This document shows, in pieces, positions 38,442 through 48,500 of a stretch of DNA of 53,228 nucleotides; within the stretch, counting starts at the first letter, position 1, and the number at the start of each line of letters is the position of its first letter. The translations under genes and the position numbers were made by a program. The notes under the pieces were generated by a model. It saw only the letters and a program-made list of their open reading frames with translations, was not told where the DNA came from and did no database searches. Location of the stretch: the IMG/VR virus record IMGVR_UViG_3300048029_000117, positions 1 to 53,228 of that record; one strand, written 5' to 3'. This DNA comes from a virus. Lineage: Duplodnaviria > Caudoviricetes.

Positions 38442-39846
38442 TAGTAATTTTACAAAAACTCTTACTACTGATAACTTTACACAGTTTATTAATAATACAA
38501 ACACAATTGGTAAAGAAGTTGGTGGTCTTGCAAGATTAACAACTACAGTTGATTCTGATTTAGTTGGTGCGATTAATGAGTTAGACTCAGACATTGGTGC
38601 CAGACCTCATACTAATTTAAATACAAACACAAAGAATATAACCGCGGCCATAAATGAAATACATACTGCTGGTAATGCCTCATTAGTCGGATTAACACCA
38701 GATAGTGCAAACAAACTTGGTGGTTTTAATGATAGTGCAGAACGAACCACTGTTGGTGGTGCATTAAACTCTTTATCTGCAGATGTTAGAACATTAGATT
38801 CTGACGTAGGTTCTTCTCGTGCAAAAACTACACTTACAACAACATCTAAAAATATTGTTGGTGGTATAAATGAATTAGATGCAGAAATAGGTGATTCTGC
38901 ATTAGATTCTGGATTCACTGGTATGACTATAAGAAGGGCAATAAATGCACTTGACTCAAACCATGATTCTGCAGTTACACAATTGAAAACAGATATTGGT
39001 AATGTCTTTAGATATCAAACAATAAGTGGTGATACTGGAAGTGACACGGTTGATAGTGCAAATGGTTCAATCGCAATTGTTGGAGACGGTATTATTCAAA
39101 CCACTATGTCAGGTAATAGATTACTTGTTGACCATACAGTAGTTGGTGCAACAGATGTTAATAATAGTGGTAATACATTTGTTCAAGATGTCACTATGGA
39201 TTCTGCGGGACATGTTACTGCAGTTTCAAGTGGTGCAGTTGCTATTACAAATACCGATGTATCTGCAGGTGCGGCGATTAATGCAGAAAAAATTCATGAC
39301 GGAACAGTATCGAATACTGAGTTTGGTCACTTAAATGGAGTGACTTCTGCGATACAAACTCAATTTAATGCGATTAGTTTTGACTCTTCGGGACTACAAA
39401 CCCAACTAAATGCATTAGATACTGCAAAAACAACTTTAACTGCAGTTTTCTCCGTGATTTATCCAGTGGGTTCAATTTATATCAATGCGGGTGTTTCTAC
39501 AAGTCCAGCAACTTTAATGGGTTTTGGAACTTGGTCTCGATATGGAGAAGGTAGAGTATTAGTAAGTCAAAGCGTTTCTGATACTGAATTTGATACTTTA
39601 AACGAAACGGGTGGTTCAAAAACACATACACTAACAGTATCAGAATTACCTTCTCACACTCACACTCATACAGTAAAAACAGGTCGTAGTTATAGTTCTT
39701 CAATAGGAGGGCCGCCTATTGTCCAAGGGAGTAATAACGTACTTTTAAACAGTTCCGAAGAAACAACATCAAGTACAGGTAGTGGTTCTGCTCACAACAA
39801 TTTACAACCGTATATAGTTGTATATATGTGGAGAAGAACCGCGTAG
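38434..39846 (+). CDS. Fibre protein (fibritin-like segmented repeats) with gp10 C-terminal-like tip
   Basis: (V)GAINELDS repeats; C-terminal YPVGSIY...GTW...G.GRVLV...GG...H.NLQPY.VVY.W.RTA. Confidence 0.75.
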   Translation: MTDSNFTKTLTTDNFTQFINNTNTIGKEVGGLARLTTTVDSDLVGAINELDSDIGARPHTNLNTNTKNITAAINEIHTAGNASLVGLTPDSANKLGGFNDSAERTTVGGALNSLSADVRTLDSDVGSSRAKTTLTTTSKNIVGGINELDAEIGDSALDSGFTGMTIRRAINALDSNHDSAVTQLKTDIGNVFRYQTISGDTGSDTVDSANGSIAIVGDGIIQTTMSGNRLLVDHTVVGATDVNNSGNTFVQDVTMDSAGHVTAVSSGAVAITNTDVSAGAAINAEKIHDGTVSNTEFGHLNGVTSAIQTQFNAISFDSSGLQTQLNALDTAKTTLTAVFSVIYPVGSIYINAGVSTSPATLMGFGTWSRYGEGRVLVSQSVSDTEFDTLNETGGSKTHTLTVSELPSHTHTHTVKTGRSYSSSIGGPPIVQGSNNVLLNSSEETTSSTGSGSAHNNLQPYIVVYMWRRTA

Positions 39847-39848
39847 AA

Positions 39849-39856
39849 TATAAATA
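39849..39856 (+). promoter_or_regulatory. Late promoter TATAAATA
   Basis: Consensus 5 nt upstream of ATG 39862. Confidence 0.8.
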
Positions 39857-39861
39857 GAGAT

Positions 39862-41547
39862 ATGGGCAGAAATACATCAATTAAAACATCAACAACTGAT
39901 AACTTTACTCAGTTAGTTGATAATATGAATAATCAGTCACTTGATGTAGGTGCAACTGGTAAGTTGACAACAACGGTAGATTCTGATATAGTAGGTGCAA
40001 TTAACGAACTTGATAGCAACATGGGTGCGAAAACAAGTTTGACAACTACGAATAAGACTAGTATAGTAAATGCAATCAATGAACTAGATTCAGACTTAGG
40101 ACAGTTATCGACACTAGCAAGTGATATTCGTGACTCTAATTTTGCAGTAAGCATAAACAAATTAAATACAAATGTTAGTCAACTTCTTGGTAGTTTATCT
40201 GGTTTAGATAGTGCTGGTGGAGATAGTGACACTAGGCGTGGTGGATTTGATGTTGCTGAACAAGTGACAGTAGTATCTGCCTTAAATGCTATTTCACAAG
40301 ATATTCAAAGACTTGATTCAGATATAAATCGAGAAGCGAGAATGACAACAACTGCAACCACTCTTCGTGGTGCAATCAACGAACTTGATTCTGATATTGG
40401 TGCAAGACCGCATACAAATTTAAATACTACTGCAAAAAATCTTGTTGATGCAATTAATGAAAACAAAGCATCATTAAATGCACTTGCAGTATTTAGAAAT
40501 ATTGCAACAGATAGTGGTTCTGGTTCAATTAGTGTTACAGTAGATAGTGCGAATGATACTTTGTCAGTTCTTGGTGGTAGTTCATTAAAAACTCTTGGGA
40601 TTGGTGGTAATAAAATACAAATAGACCACGATGTTACTGGCGCAAGTTCAGTAAATAATTCTGGCAATACTTTTATTCAAGATTTAACAATTGATGCGAA
40701 TGGCCATGTTACTGGTACTGCAAGTTCCGAGGCAGTAATCAATAATGGTACACTTACAGTTCAAGGTGGCACTAACATATCAGGAAGTGGTACTTTTACT
40801 GCAAATCAATCTGGTAATACTACAATTACACTTAACAATGATATCACAAATAATAATCAGTTGGCAAATGGTGCTAATTACATTACATCTTCGTCTGTAG
40901 GAAATGGTACACTTAGTATGTCTACTGGAACAAACTTAACTGGTTCTGCTTCATTTACTGCGAATCAGGGTGGTAGTTCAAGTTTTTCTGTAGGTATTTC
41001 TGCCACTCCTACTTTTACACAAGTATTTGCTCAACAATATAATAATTCTACAGTAGGTTATCTTTCAACTTCTAATAGTACTTATGCAAATAGGGCACCA
41101 GATGTTTGGAAAGAAGATAGAATAAGTGGTAGTGCATTTTCTGTTTCTTTGACACCTAGTGGTGGTACTACTCACCCAACTGCAACTGTTATTAGGGCAG
41201 GTGCAAATGGTACTAGTCACAGTGGTAATTATATTTATATAGGGTCTGGTACTTATTGGGTTTCTGCATGGTGTACACTAGCAAGAGTGGCAAGTGATAC
41301 TGCAGATAATTGTTCTATGTGGATAGGAAAAAGTACTAACTTAAATGGTCAATATGTTGTCGGTTCTGCAAATGCAATTGGAGACTGGAGTACGTCTATC
41401 TTTAAAGCAGAAGGTATTCTCTCTGGAGCAGGTTATTATGCAATAAGATTTTATTCAAATGAAACAATTAGATATAGGTATGCTAATGCTGGATATCCAG
41501 GCCATACTTATTGTTTTGCAAGAATAATGGCATGGAAAATGTATTAA
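39862..41547 (+). CDS. Fibre protein, paralogue of the upstream gene with a different tip
   Basis: Shares TTDNFTQ, TTTVDSD.VGAINELDS, DIGARPHTNLNT and VNNSGNTF.QD segments. Confidence 0.75.
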   Translation: MGRNTSIKTSTTDNFTQLVDNMNNQSLDVGATGKLTTTVDSDIVGAINELDSNMGAKTSLTTTNKTSIVNAINELDSDLGQLSTLASDIRDSNFAVSINKLNTNVSQLLGSLSGLDSAGGDSDTRRGGFDVAEQVTVVSALNAISQDIQRLDSDINREARMTTTATTLRGAINELDSDIGARPHTNLNTTAKNLVDAINENKASLNALAVFRNIATDSGSGSISVTVDSANDTLSVLGGSSLKTLGIGGNKIQIDHDVTGASSVNNSGNTFIQDLTIDANGHVTGTASSEAVINNGTLTVQGGTNISGSGTFTANQSGNTTITLNNDITNNNQLANGANYITSSSVGNGTLSMSTGTNLTGSASFTANQGGSSSFSVGISATPTFTQVFAQQYNNSTVGYLSTSNSTYANRAPDVWKEDRISGSAFSVSLTPSGGTTHPTATVIRAGANGTSHSGNYIYIGSGTYWVSAWCTLARVASDTADNCSMWIGKSTNLNGQYVVGSANAIGDWSTSIFKAEGILSGAGYYAIRFYSNETIRYRYANAGYPGHTYCFARIMAWKMY

Positions 41548-41556
41548 GGAGAAATA

Positions 41557-41874
41557 ATGGCAATTAATAGAACTGGGACAAATCCAACAAATGATGTAAA
41601 ATTACCGACAATTGATATAGAACCAGAAATAATGTTTCATATGTGTTCACTTTGGGAAACTGGTGCTATTGATAGTAATGGTGCAGTTCTAGATTCAGAA
41701 CAACTTGCAGATAAATCGACTTTAAATGAGAATTTAGAATTAATGTTTGAAATAACAACAAATCAAAGTGCAAGAATGATATCAGAATTTCAAGCAATGG
41801 ATTCAGATGCAAAATGTATGATTATTAGACCTGCTCATTGTTCGACTTATATTATGCCTGACTCAGACGGGTAA
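41557..41874 (+). CDS. Hypothetical protein (possible fibre accessory)
   Basis: AAGGAG SD; 105 aa with four DS motifs. Confidence 0.75.
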   Translation: MAINRTGTNPTNDVKLPTIDIEPEIMFHMCSLWETGAIDSNGAVLDSEQLADKSTLNENLELMFEITTNQSARMISEFQAMDSDAKCMIIRPAHCSTYIMPDSDG

Positions 41875-41879
41875 TGTCA

Positions 41880-41887
41880 TATAAATA
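41880..41887 (+). promoter_or_regulatory. Late promoter TATAAATA
   Basis: Consensus upstream of ATG 41895. Confidence 0.75.
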
Positions 41888-41894
41888 GTATATT

Positions 41895-43277
41895 ATGGGC
41901 GATGTATCACTAAAACTAGAAGGAACAAATGGTGACTTAAAACAAGTCACTACTACCGAAGAACAATACTTTGCCTATCAAGCAGGTCTACAATTAAGTA
42001 CTGCCGCAGACACAGACCCTGGGTGTTTAAAAACTGCAAGTTCTGGTAGTCCAGCAACAGTCGGTACTTTTACTGATACTCGATTCAATGAAGCAATTGG
42101 GTCACACGGAACTTTAACAACTTCATCAACTGCAACAACTCTTTATCAATCAGAAGGTACTGCCGCAGAAGATGGTGGTGACTTTAGATATCCTATTGAG
42201 TTTGTCAGTAATAGTGGTGCAGAACTTCACGAAATGACAGATGCAGAAGTTTCTGCTTTAGTTGATAGATTAAATTTAGTAATATTTGCAAACGATTATC
42301 CCGGTACGTACAAACTTGCCACGTCTGCACCGAGTGGCGATTATACAGAAAAGATTGCAGGACTATTTACAGATACTAAAGTAAATTCAAGTGGTAATGC
42401 AGAAACAGTAAATACATACAATCTTTATCGTAGAACTGCAATGACGGCACCAACTGCTATCAGACCTGTAGCATTAAAAAGAAGTAGTGGTGGTTCAGGA
42501 ACATTTCAAGGTATTCAAGAAATGTCAGATGCAGAAATCAAATACACGTTTGGACAAAGAGCAAAAACAAGAATCATGAATGGTAGTCTTGGTGTAGGGA
42601 CATACTTAATCAAAAGTGCTACTCAAGGTGCGCCGACTGATACTGGCACATGGGTTGCAAAAGGTGCCGCAGTTGATACTAAAAACACTACAACAAATAC
42701 AGATTATACACAAGATTTTGTTGGTGACTTTGGTGGTAATTTTACTCAAGACTTTGTTGGTAATTTTACTGGTAACTTTGAAACAACATTTACTGGTGAC
42801 TTTACTAATACATTTACACGTAACTCAACTCAAAACTTCACACGTAACTCAACTACAACATTTACTGGTGATTTTACAGGTAATTTTGCATCAACGTTTA
42901 CTGGTGATTTTACAGGTGATTTTCTTGGTAGAAATCCTAGTTTAGAAACAGGAGCATTTGATATTAATGCAAATTATAATTCTTTGAATTATACACGTAA
43001 CTCAACAACTAATTTTGTGGGTGATTTTACACGTAACTCGACAACTAACTTTGTAGGTGATTTTACAGGAGATTTTGTGGGTGATTTTACAGGTAACTTT
43101 GCAAATAACTTTACACAAGACTTTGTTGGTACATTTACACAAGATTTTACACAAACATTTACTGGTGATTTTTCAACAAATTTTACAACAACGTTTACTG
43201 GTAATTTTCTTGGTGCATTAATTAACAATGCGACAGAAACTATTGAAACATATACACTATATGTAAGAACTGCTTGA
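41895..43277 (+). CDS. Putative virion protein with F-(T/V)-G-(D/N) tetrapeptide repeat array
   Basis: Late promoter; about 170-aa array with a period of 4 residues; ends YTLYVRTA. Confidence 0.7.
   Translation: MGDVSLKLEGTNGDLKQVTTTEEQYFAYQAGLQLSTAADTDPGCLKTASSGSPATVGTFTDTRFNEAIGSHGTLTTSSTATTLYQSEGTAAEDGGDFRYPIEFVSNSGAELHEMTDAEVSALVDRLNLVIFANDYPGTYKLATSAPSGDYTEKIAGLFTDTKVNSSGNAETVNTYNLYRRTAMTAPTAIRPVALKRSSGGSGTFQGIQEMSDAEIKYTFGQRAKTRIMNGSLGVGTYLIKSATQGAPTDTGTWVAKGAAVDTKNTTTNTDYTQDFVGDFGGNFTQDFVGNFTGNFETTFTGDFTNTFTRNSTQNFTRNSTTTFTGDFTGNFASTFTGDFTGDFLGRNPSLETGAFDINANYNSLNYTRNSTTNFVGDFTRNSTTNFVGDFTGDFVGDFTGNFANNFTQDFVGTFTQDFTQTFTGDFSTNFTTTFTGNFLGALINNATETIETYTLYVRTA
42700..43214 (+). repeat. 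Degenerate 12-nt coding tandem repeat (TTTACTGGTGAT-like)
   Basis: Visible periodic FTGD/FVGD/FTGN/FTRN units. Confidence 0.85.
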
Positions 43278-43302
43278 CATTTTTAAGTAAATGATATATA
43301 AT
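43274..43302 (+). promoter_or_regulatory. sigma70-type promoter inside the late region
   Basis: TTGACA-17 bp-TATAAT. Confidence 0.8.
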
Positions 43303-43322
43303 AGTGAGAAGGAGAATAAATA

Positions 43323-43766
43323 ATGGCAGATGTTAAAAGAACTTGGATAAAAGATGCTTTTTGGGAAACACCGAGTAAAGAGTTATTGAATTGTATATCT
43401 GAACACAAAGAAGGTTTTAAAGATGTTCGTCAAGTTCACAAGTTAAAACGTGGTGACCCTTTGTTTGATGAATGTGTAGAAGAGTTAACAAAAGAATTTA
43501 TTGATAAAAATACAGATGAAAGAGTCAATAGAAAATTTAAAGAACAAGAACAACAAAGACAACTTGAAATAAACAAAAGAAAAGCAGAAAGATTAGAGCA
43601 ACTTTTTAATTATAAACTTGAAACTTTTGAAGTAGAAGACATAAAAGAATCAAAAAATAGAATTCTTAAAAGTAGGTTAAGACGAGCAAAATCTATTCCA
43701 GAAGTTAACTTGTATGCAATTATGATAATACAAGATAAGTTAGAGAATGATAAAGAAACCGAGTAA
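43323..43766 (+). CDS. Hypothetical protein (coiled-coil)
   Basis: AAGGAG SD; first gene after the promoter. Confidence 0.8.
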   Translation: MADVKRTWIKDAFWETPSKELLNCISEHKEGFKDVRQVHKLKRGDPLFDECVEELTKEFIDKNTDERVNRKFKEQEQQRQLEINKRKAERLEQLFNYKLETFEVEDIKESKNRILKSRLRRAKSIPEVNLYAIMIIQDKLENDKETE

Positions 43767-44481
43767 AGGATACTTAGTAGTAGCATCAAGAAAACCTAAT
43801 TTTTATTCACTAGCAATCAATTGCATCGAATCAATCAAAGATTACTATCCTGATGCAAAGTGTTGCTTAGTTACAGAAGAAAAATTTCTAGATGGACGTG
43901 AAGATATTGCAGATGATTTAATTTTCTGCGATGACCATTATCGTGCCAAACTATGGGGCATGGCAAACTCTCCTTACGACATTACAATGTATATTGATGC
44001 AGATAGTGAAATAGAACACGAAGATATTGCAACTGTATTTGATGAACTTAATAATAATGATATGATGTTTCATAAACTAGATGAAAAATACAAAAAAGTT
44101 TATGCAATTACTTCTTTTACATACGAAAATGTAAGAGAATATTATACTTATTGTGGTGGTGTTTGTCTTTATGATATGAGAAATCCACTTGTTAAAGATT
44201 TTATGAATGATTGGAATGACTTGTTTCGAAAACAATATTCTAAAGAATTAATTTTACCTATGGATCCATGGCAAGAGTTATGGGATTTTGACCAAACTAC
44301 ATTATGGTATTTGTTGAATAAAGTTGATAAATACAAAAACATAAAAGTTGATAGTTTTAAAGATAATTTACGTTGGAATTATTTTCCACATTATGAAAGA
44401 TATTTTAATGCTTTTCCAAAAGACCCTGTTGTGATAAGACATTATTCTTCATATGCACAAAAAGATAAATCATATGCTTGA
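43747..44481 (+). CDS. GT-A glycosyltransferase (nucleotide-diphospho-sugar transferase)
   Basis: GY..VAS, SPYD.TMYIDAD (DxD), GGV..Y, DQ.TLW, RWN and VIRHYS. Confidence 0.75.
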   Translation: MIKKPSKGYLVVASRKPNFYSLAINCIESIKDYYPDAKCCLVTEEKFLDGREDIADDLIFCDDHYRAKLWGMANSPYDITMYIDADSEIEHEDIATVFDELNNNDMMFHKLDEKYKKVYAITSFTYENVREYYTYCGGVCLYDMRNPLVKDFMNDWNDLFRKQYSKELILPMDPWQELWDFDQTTLWYLLNKVDKYKNIKVDSFKDNLRWNYFPHYERYFNAFPKDPVVIRHYSSYAQKDKSYA

Positions 44482-45121
44482 TATACCTATAAACAACACA
44501 GATGTTTTAAATTCATTAAATAATTTTTTGTGGTTTTATGAGAATAGAAACAACAAAGATTGGAAAGTGGGTGGCAGAAGTAAGCATAGAAATCATTTTG
44601 TTGGAGATTCACATAAAAACACTATTATCAACATGGGTAGAAATCATGATGGATATCCAGAAAGTGGATATTACTACAATTTTAAAGCAGATGGCAATCG
44701 TGGTAAAGATTTACCAAAAGAGATAATACAACAGTATAACATAGTTAATACAGAATTGCAAGAAAAATTGTGTACTAAACATAATGCTTTATGTGTTATG
44801 TACCCACCTGGTGGATTTATAAGTTGGCATAACAATGCAAATGCAAGTGCATATAATTTGATTTTCACTTGGTCTGAAACTGGTAATGGATATTTTAAAT
44901 ATATTGACGGTGAAACAAAAGAAGAGATTGTTATTAAAGATAAACCTGGTTGGCAATGTAAAGCAAGTTATTTTGGAGCATACATAGAACCAGCATATAA
45001 ATTAGTCTATCATACTGCATCTACTGACTGCTGGCGCATAACAGTATCTTATGTCTTTAATAGAGAAGAAATGTCTCTTGGTTTACAAGAAGATGTAATC
45101 GAAGAAATAAAATCTAAATAA
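44474..45121 (+). CDS. Putative 2OG-Fe(II)/cupin-fold oxygenase
   Basis: YPPGGFISWHNN...VYHTA....WRITVSY resembles the HxD...H...RxS signature, with HxN in place of HxD. Confidence 0.55.
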   Translation: MLDIPINNTDVLNSLNNFLWFYENRNNKDWKVGGRSKHRNHFVGDSHKNTIINMGRNHDGYPESGYYYNFKADGNRGKDLPKEIIQQYNIVNTELQEKLCTKHNALCVMYPPGGFISWHNNANASAYNLIFTWSETGNGYFKYIDGETKEEIVIKDKPGWQCKASYFGAYIEPAYKLVYHTASTDCWRITVSYVFNREEMSLGLQEDVIEEIKSK

Positions 45122-45145
45122 ATACTTGTCTTAAATCTTAATTCA

Positions 45146-45153
45146 TATAAATA
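45146..45153 (+). promoter_or_regulatory. Late promoter TATAAATA
   Basis: Consensus in the intergenic gap. Confidence 0.75.
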
Positions 45154-45191
45154 AAGCATATACAATAGACTTTACTTATATGGATTAATTC

Positions 45192-45566
45192 ATGGCGCAC
45201 ACACAAAATTACGAAGACATAGTTATACCACAAGGGACAGACACCGCAATAGAACTACATTTAGTTAAAGAATCTGACGGAACTGCATTTGATTTAACAA
45301 ACTATTCTGCAGAAGCAAAGATGAAACGTAGACATGGTGATAGTGCCAATGACCCAAATACTGTAACATTCAATGCAATCATACCAACACCTGCATCGTC
45401 AGGTATTGTCACATTAAGTCTCTCTAGCGATTCATCGCAGGGTTTAAACACTCGAGGACGTTATGTATGGGATTGTGAAGTGTCTTTTGTAGATTCAGAT
45501 GGTAAAACAATAGTACAAAGAGTCGCAGAAGGACAAGCAGAAATAAGTCCGTCTGTAACATATTAG
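45192..45566 (+). CDS. Small fibre-attachment-like beta-sandwich protein (BppU_N/LtfC-like)
   Basis: I.QGTD, DLTNY...A.M, G.VTLSL, GRYVWD and R..EG...ISP.VT. Confidence 0.6.
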   Translation: MAHTQNYEDIVIPQGTDTAIELHLVKESDGTAFDLTNYSAEAKMKRRHGDSANDPNTVTFNAIIPTPASSGIVTLSLSSDSSQGLNTRGRYVWDCEVSFVDSDGKTIVQRVAEGQAEISPSVTY

Positions 45567-45574
45567 GATTTTAA

Positions 45575-48500
45575 ATGGCAGTAAATAAGATTACGTTAAA
45601 AAAAGTAGTAGTCGGTACTCCGATAAAAACTGTAACTGCTGGTAGTTTTGGTATTAATAACTTGGGTGGTGTTACAACTACAGGACAAGCATCGGGTACC
45701 ATACTAGCATTTAATCTTTCATCTGGTAATTACGAAGTTGCTCAGTTTACGGGCGACAGTAATATGTTTGTCACTTACGATAGTAGTGGTTCTCCAGATT
45801 CATTTAAAATTAATTTTACAAACGATTCTATCTCTGGTAATTTAGTACCAAGATTAGATTCTGCTCAAGATTTAGGGTCTGCTACAAAGAAATGGAAAGA
45901 CTTATTTTTAAGTGGCGGAACAATCAATATCGGTTCTCTTAAAGTTAAAGATGAAAATGGAAACTTTGTTGTTAGAGATAGTGATGGTGGAACAGTATTA
46001 ACTAATCCAAAATTTATCACAGTAAATGGTGATACAGATATTCTTGCATACGATAGTAATACTTCAACTTTTACTTTTAATGATTCAGACATAGCAAGAA
46101 CAGACGAAAATGAAACATTTCATAAAAACGTTATAATTGCTGGTGATTTAACTGTTCAAGGTACAACAACGACTGTTAACACAGAAGAAATTAATCTAGC
46201 AGATAATATAATTCGAATTAACTCTAATGCTACAGGTGTTCCAACAGAAACTGGTGGTATTGCAATTGAACGTGGTGACTCTGATAATAAACTATTTGTC
46301 TGGGACGAAACAAATGATAGATGGACAATTGTTTCAGAAACATTTTATACACTTGGTTTAATTCGTGGTGGTCAACTAGTTGGTGATTCAGGTACAATTA
46401 CTAGTTTAGCATCAACAACACATACTGCTAATACAATTACTGCAAATAATACAACATCTGTAAACGTTACAAGTACAAACTTAATTACTGGTGCTAATGC
46501 AAACATAGATTCTGCAACAATAGGTAATCTATCGATTACCAATATGTTAGCATCATCTGGTGATAGTGCCACATTTACGAACATAGCAAACACTCAGTTT
46601 ACTGGTAGTCAAGCAACAATTGATTCTGCTACTATTACCAACTTAAATGCAGACAGTTCAGATATTAGGCAGTTGTCAACTGAATTTATTAATTTTGATT
46701 CGGCATTCGGTGATAGTGCAACAATCACAAATCTAGCAAACACACAATTAACTGCAAGTCAAATAACTGTAGACTCTGCTACCATTAATACTTTAAACGT
46801 AGATAGTTCAGACGTTAGACAGATAAGTACAGAATTCATAAACTTTGACTCGGCATTTGGTGATTCTGCGACCATAACGAATATAGCAACTACACAGTTA
46901 ACTGTTGCAAATGCAAACATAGACTCTGCTCATGTTACAAATTTATCTGCCGCTAATTTTTCAATGTCTTCTGGTGACTCGGCAACTATAACGAACATTG
47001 CTAATACACAGTTAACAGGAAGTCAAGCAACTTTAGATAGTGCAACTATTACAAAATTAAACGTAGATAGTGCAGACATAGACCATTTCTCTACTGAGAA
47101 TATAAACTTTGATAGTGCAACTGGTGACTCTGCGACTATAACAAACATAGCAAGTACAAACGTAAATGTTGACCAGTTATTTACAGATTCGGCAACAATT
47201 ACAAACATAGCAAATTCTGTTCTTACTGCAAAAGCAATTACAAATACAAGTCAAGTTGGAGATAGTGCAACTATTACAAACATTGCAAACTCAGTTTTAA
47301 CTGCGAAGGCAATTACAGGTACAAGTGCAAATATAGATTCTGCAACGATAGGTAATTTAGCAACAACACAAATAACTTTATCGCAAGTTACGGCAGATAG
47401 TGCCACAATTAATACAATTAATGCAGATAGTTCTGACATACGACAATTTAGTACAGAATTTATAAATGCAGATAGTGCCTTCATTGATTCTGCAACGATT
47501 GGTGGCATTGCTTTAGGTAATAATGATTTAGTTACAACAGGTAAACTTTACTATGCTAACGTCTTTGGTTCAGAAGGAGATTTACCAGATGCAAATTCGC
47601 ATCATGGAATGTTTGCTCACGTACATGGAACAGGTAAAGGTTACTTTGCTCATGCTGGTGCATGGCATCAATTATTAGATAAGTCTAGTGCGAATGATTC
47701 TGCAACAATTACAAATTTAGCAAGTACTCAATTAACTGTTGATAATGCAACTTTTGATAGTTCTGCTCACAATACAATACATGCAAGTGCAGTAACAATT
47801 GATTCTGCAACAATTATAAATTTAGCAAATACACAGTTTACATCTTCACAGATTACATCTGATAGTGCAACGATTAATACTTTAAATGCAGACAGTTCTG
47901 ATATCAGACAATTTTCAACTGAGTTTATTAACTTTGATTCTGCTTTTGGTGATAGTGCGACAATAACAAATATTGCAAACTCTGTATTAACTGCTAAAGT
48001 AATTACAGGTGATTCCGCAACTGTTACAAATATAGCGAGTAGTCAATTAACAATTGACAATGCTTCATTTGATTCTGCGGCCGCTAACGTGCTTCATGCT
48101 GGCGACTTAACTGCAGATTCGGCAACACTTAAAAATGTAGCAGTCACAACTCAATTGACTGGTAAAGATGCTACTTTTGATTCTGCCGCAACAAATAAAT
48201 TACACTCAGGTACAATTACAAGTGACTCTGCTACAGTAACAAATATAGCATCGACTAGTATCAATACCGATAATTTATTTGTAGATTCTGCGACAGTTAC
48301 AAATTTAGCGAATACACAACTTACTGCGAGTCAGGCAACAATAGATTCTGCAGATATAGGTAACTTAAGAACTACAGGTGTATTACAAGCAGATTCAGTA
48401 AATGCAACTCAACTAGAATTATTAACAGGTGTTACAAACGTACCTGCACATAAAGAAGGTAGACTTTTCTACGATGATAGTAATAAAACGATAGGTTTCT

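Noticed and set aside
42700-48390. Repeat arrays as CRISPR or diversity-generating retroelement repeats
   Set aside because: The repeats are in-frame, degenerate at synonymous positions and have no unique spacers. No cas gene, reverse transcriptase or adenine-specific TR/VR pair was seen.
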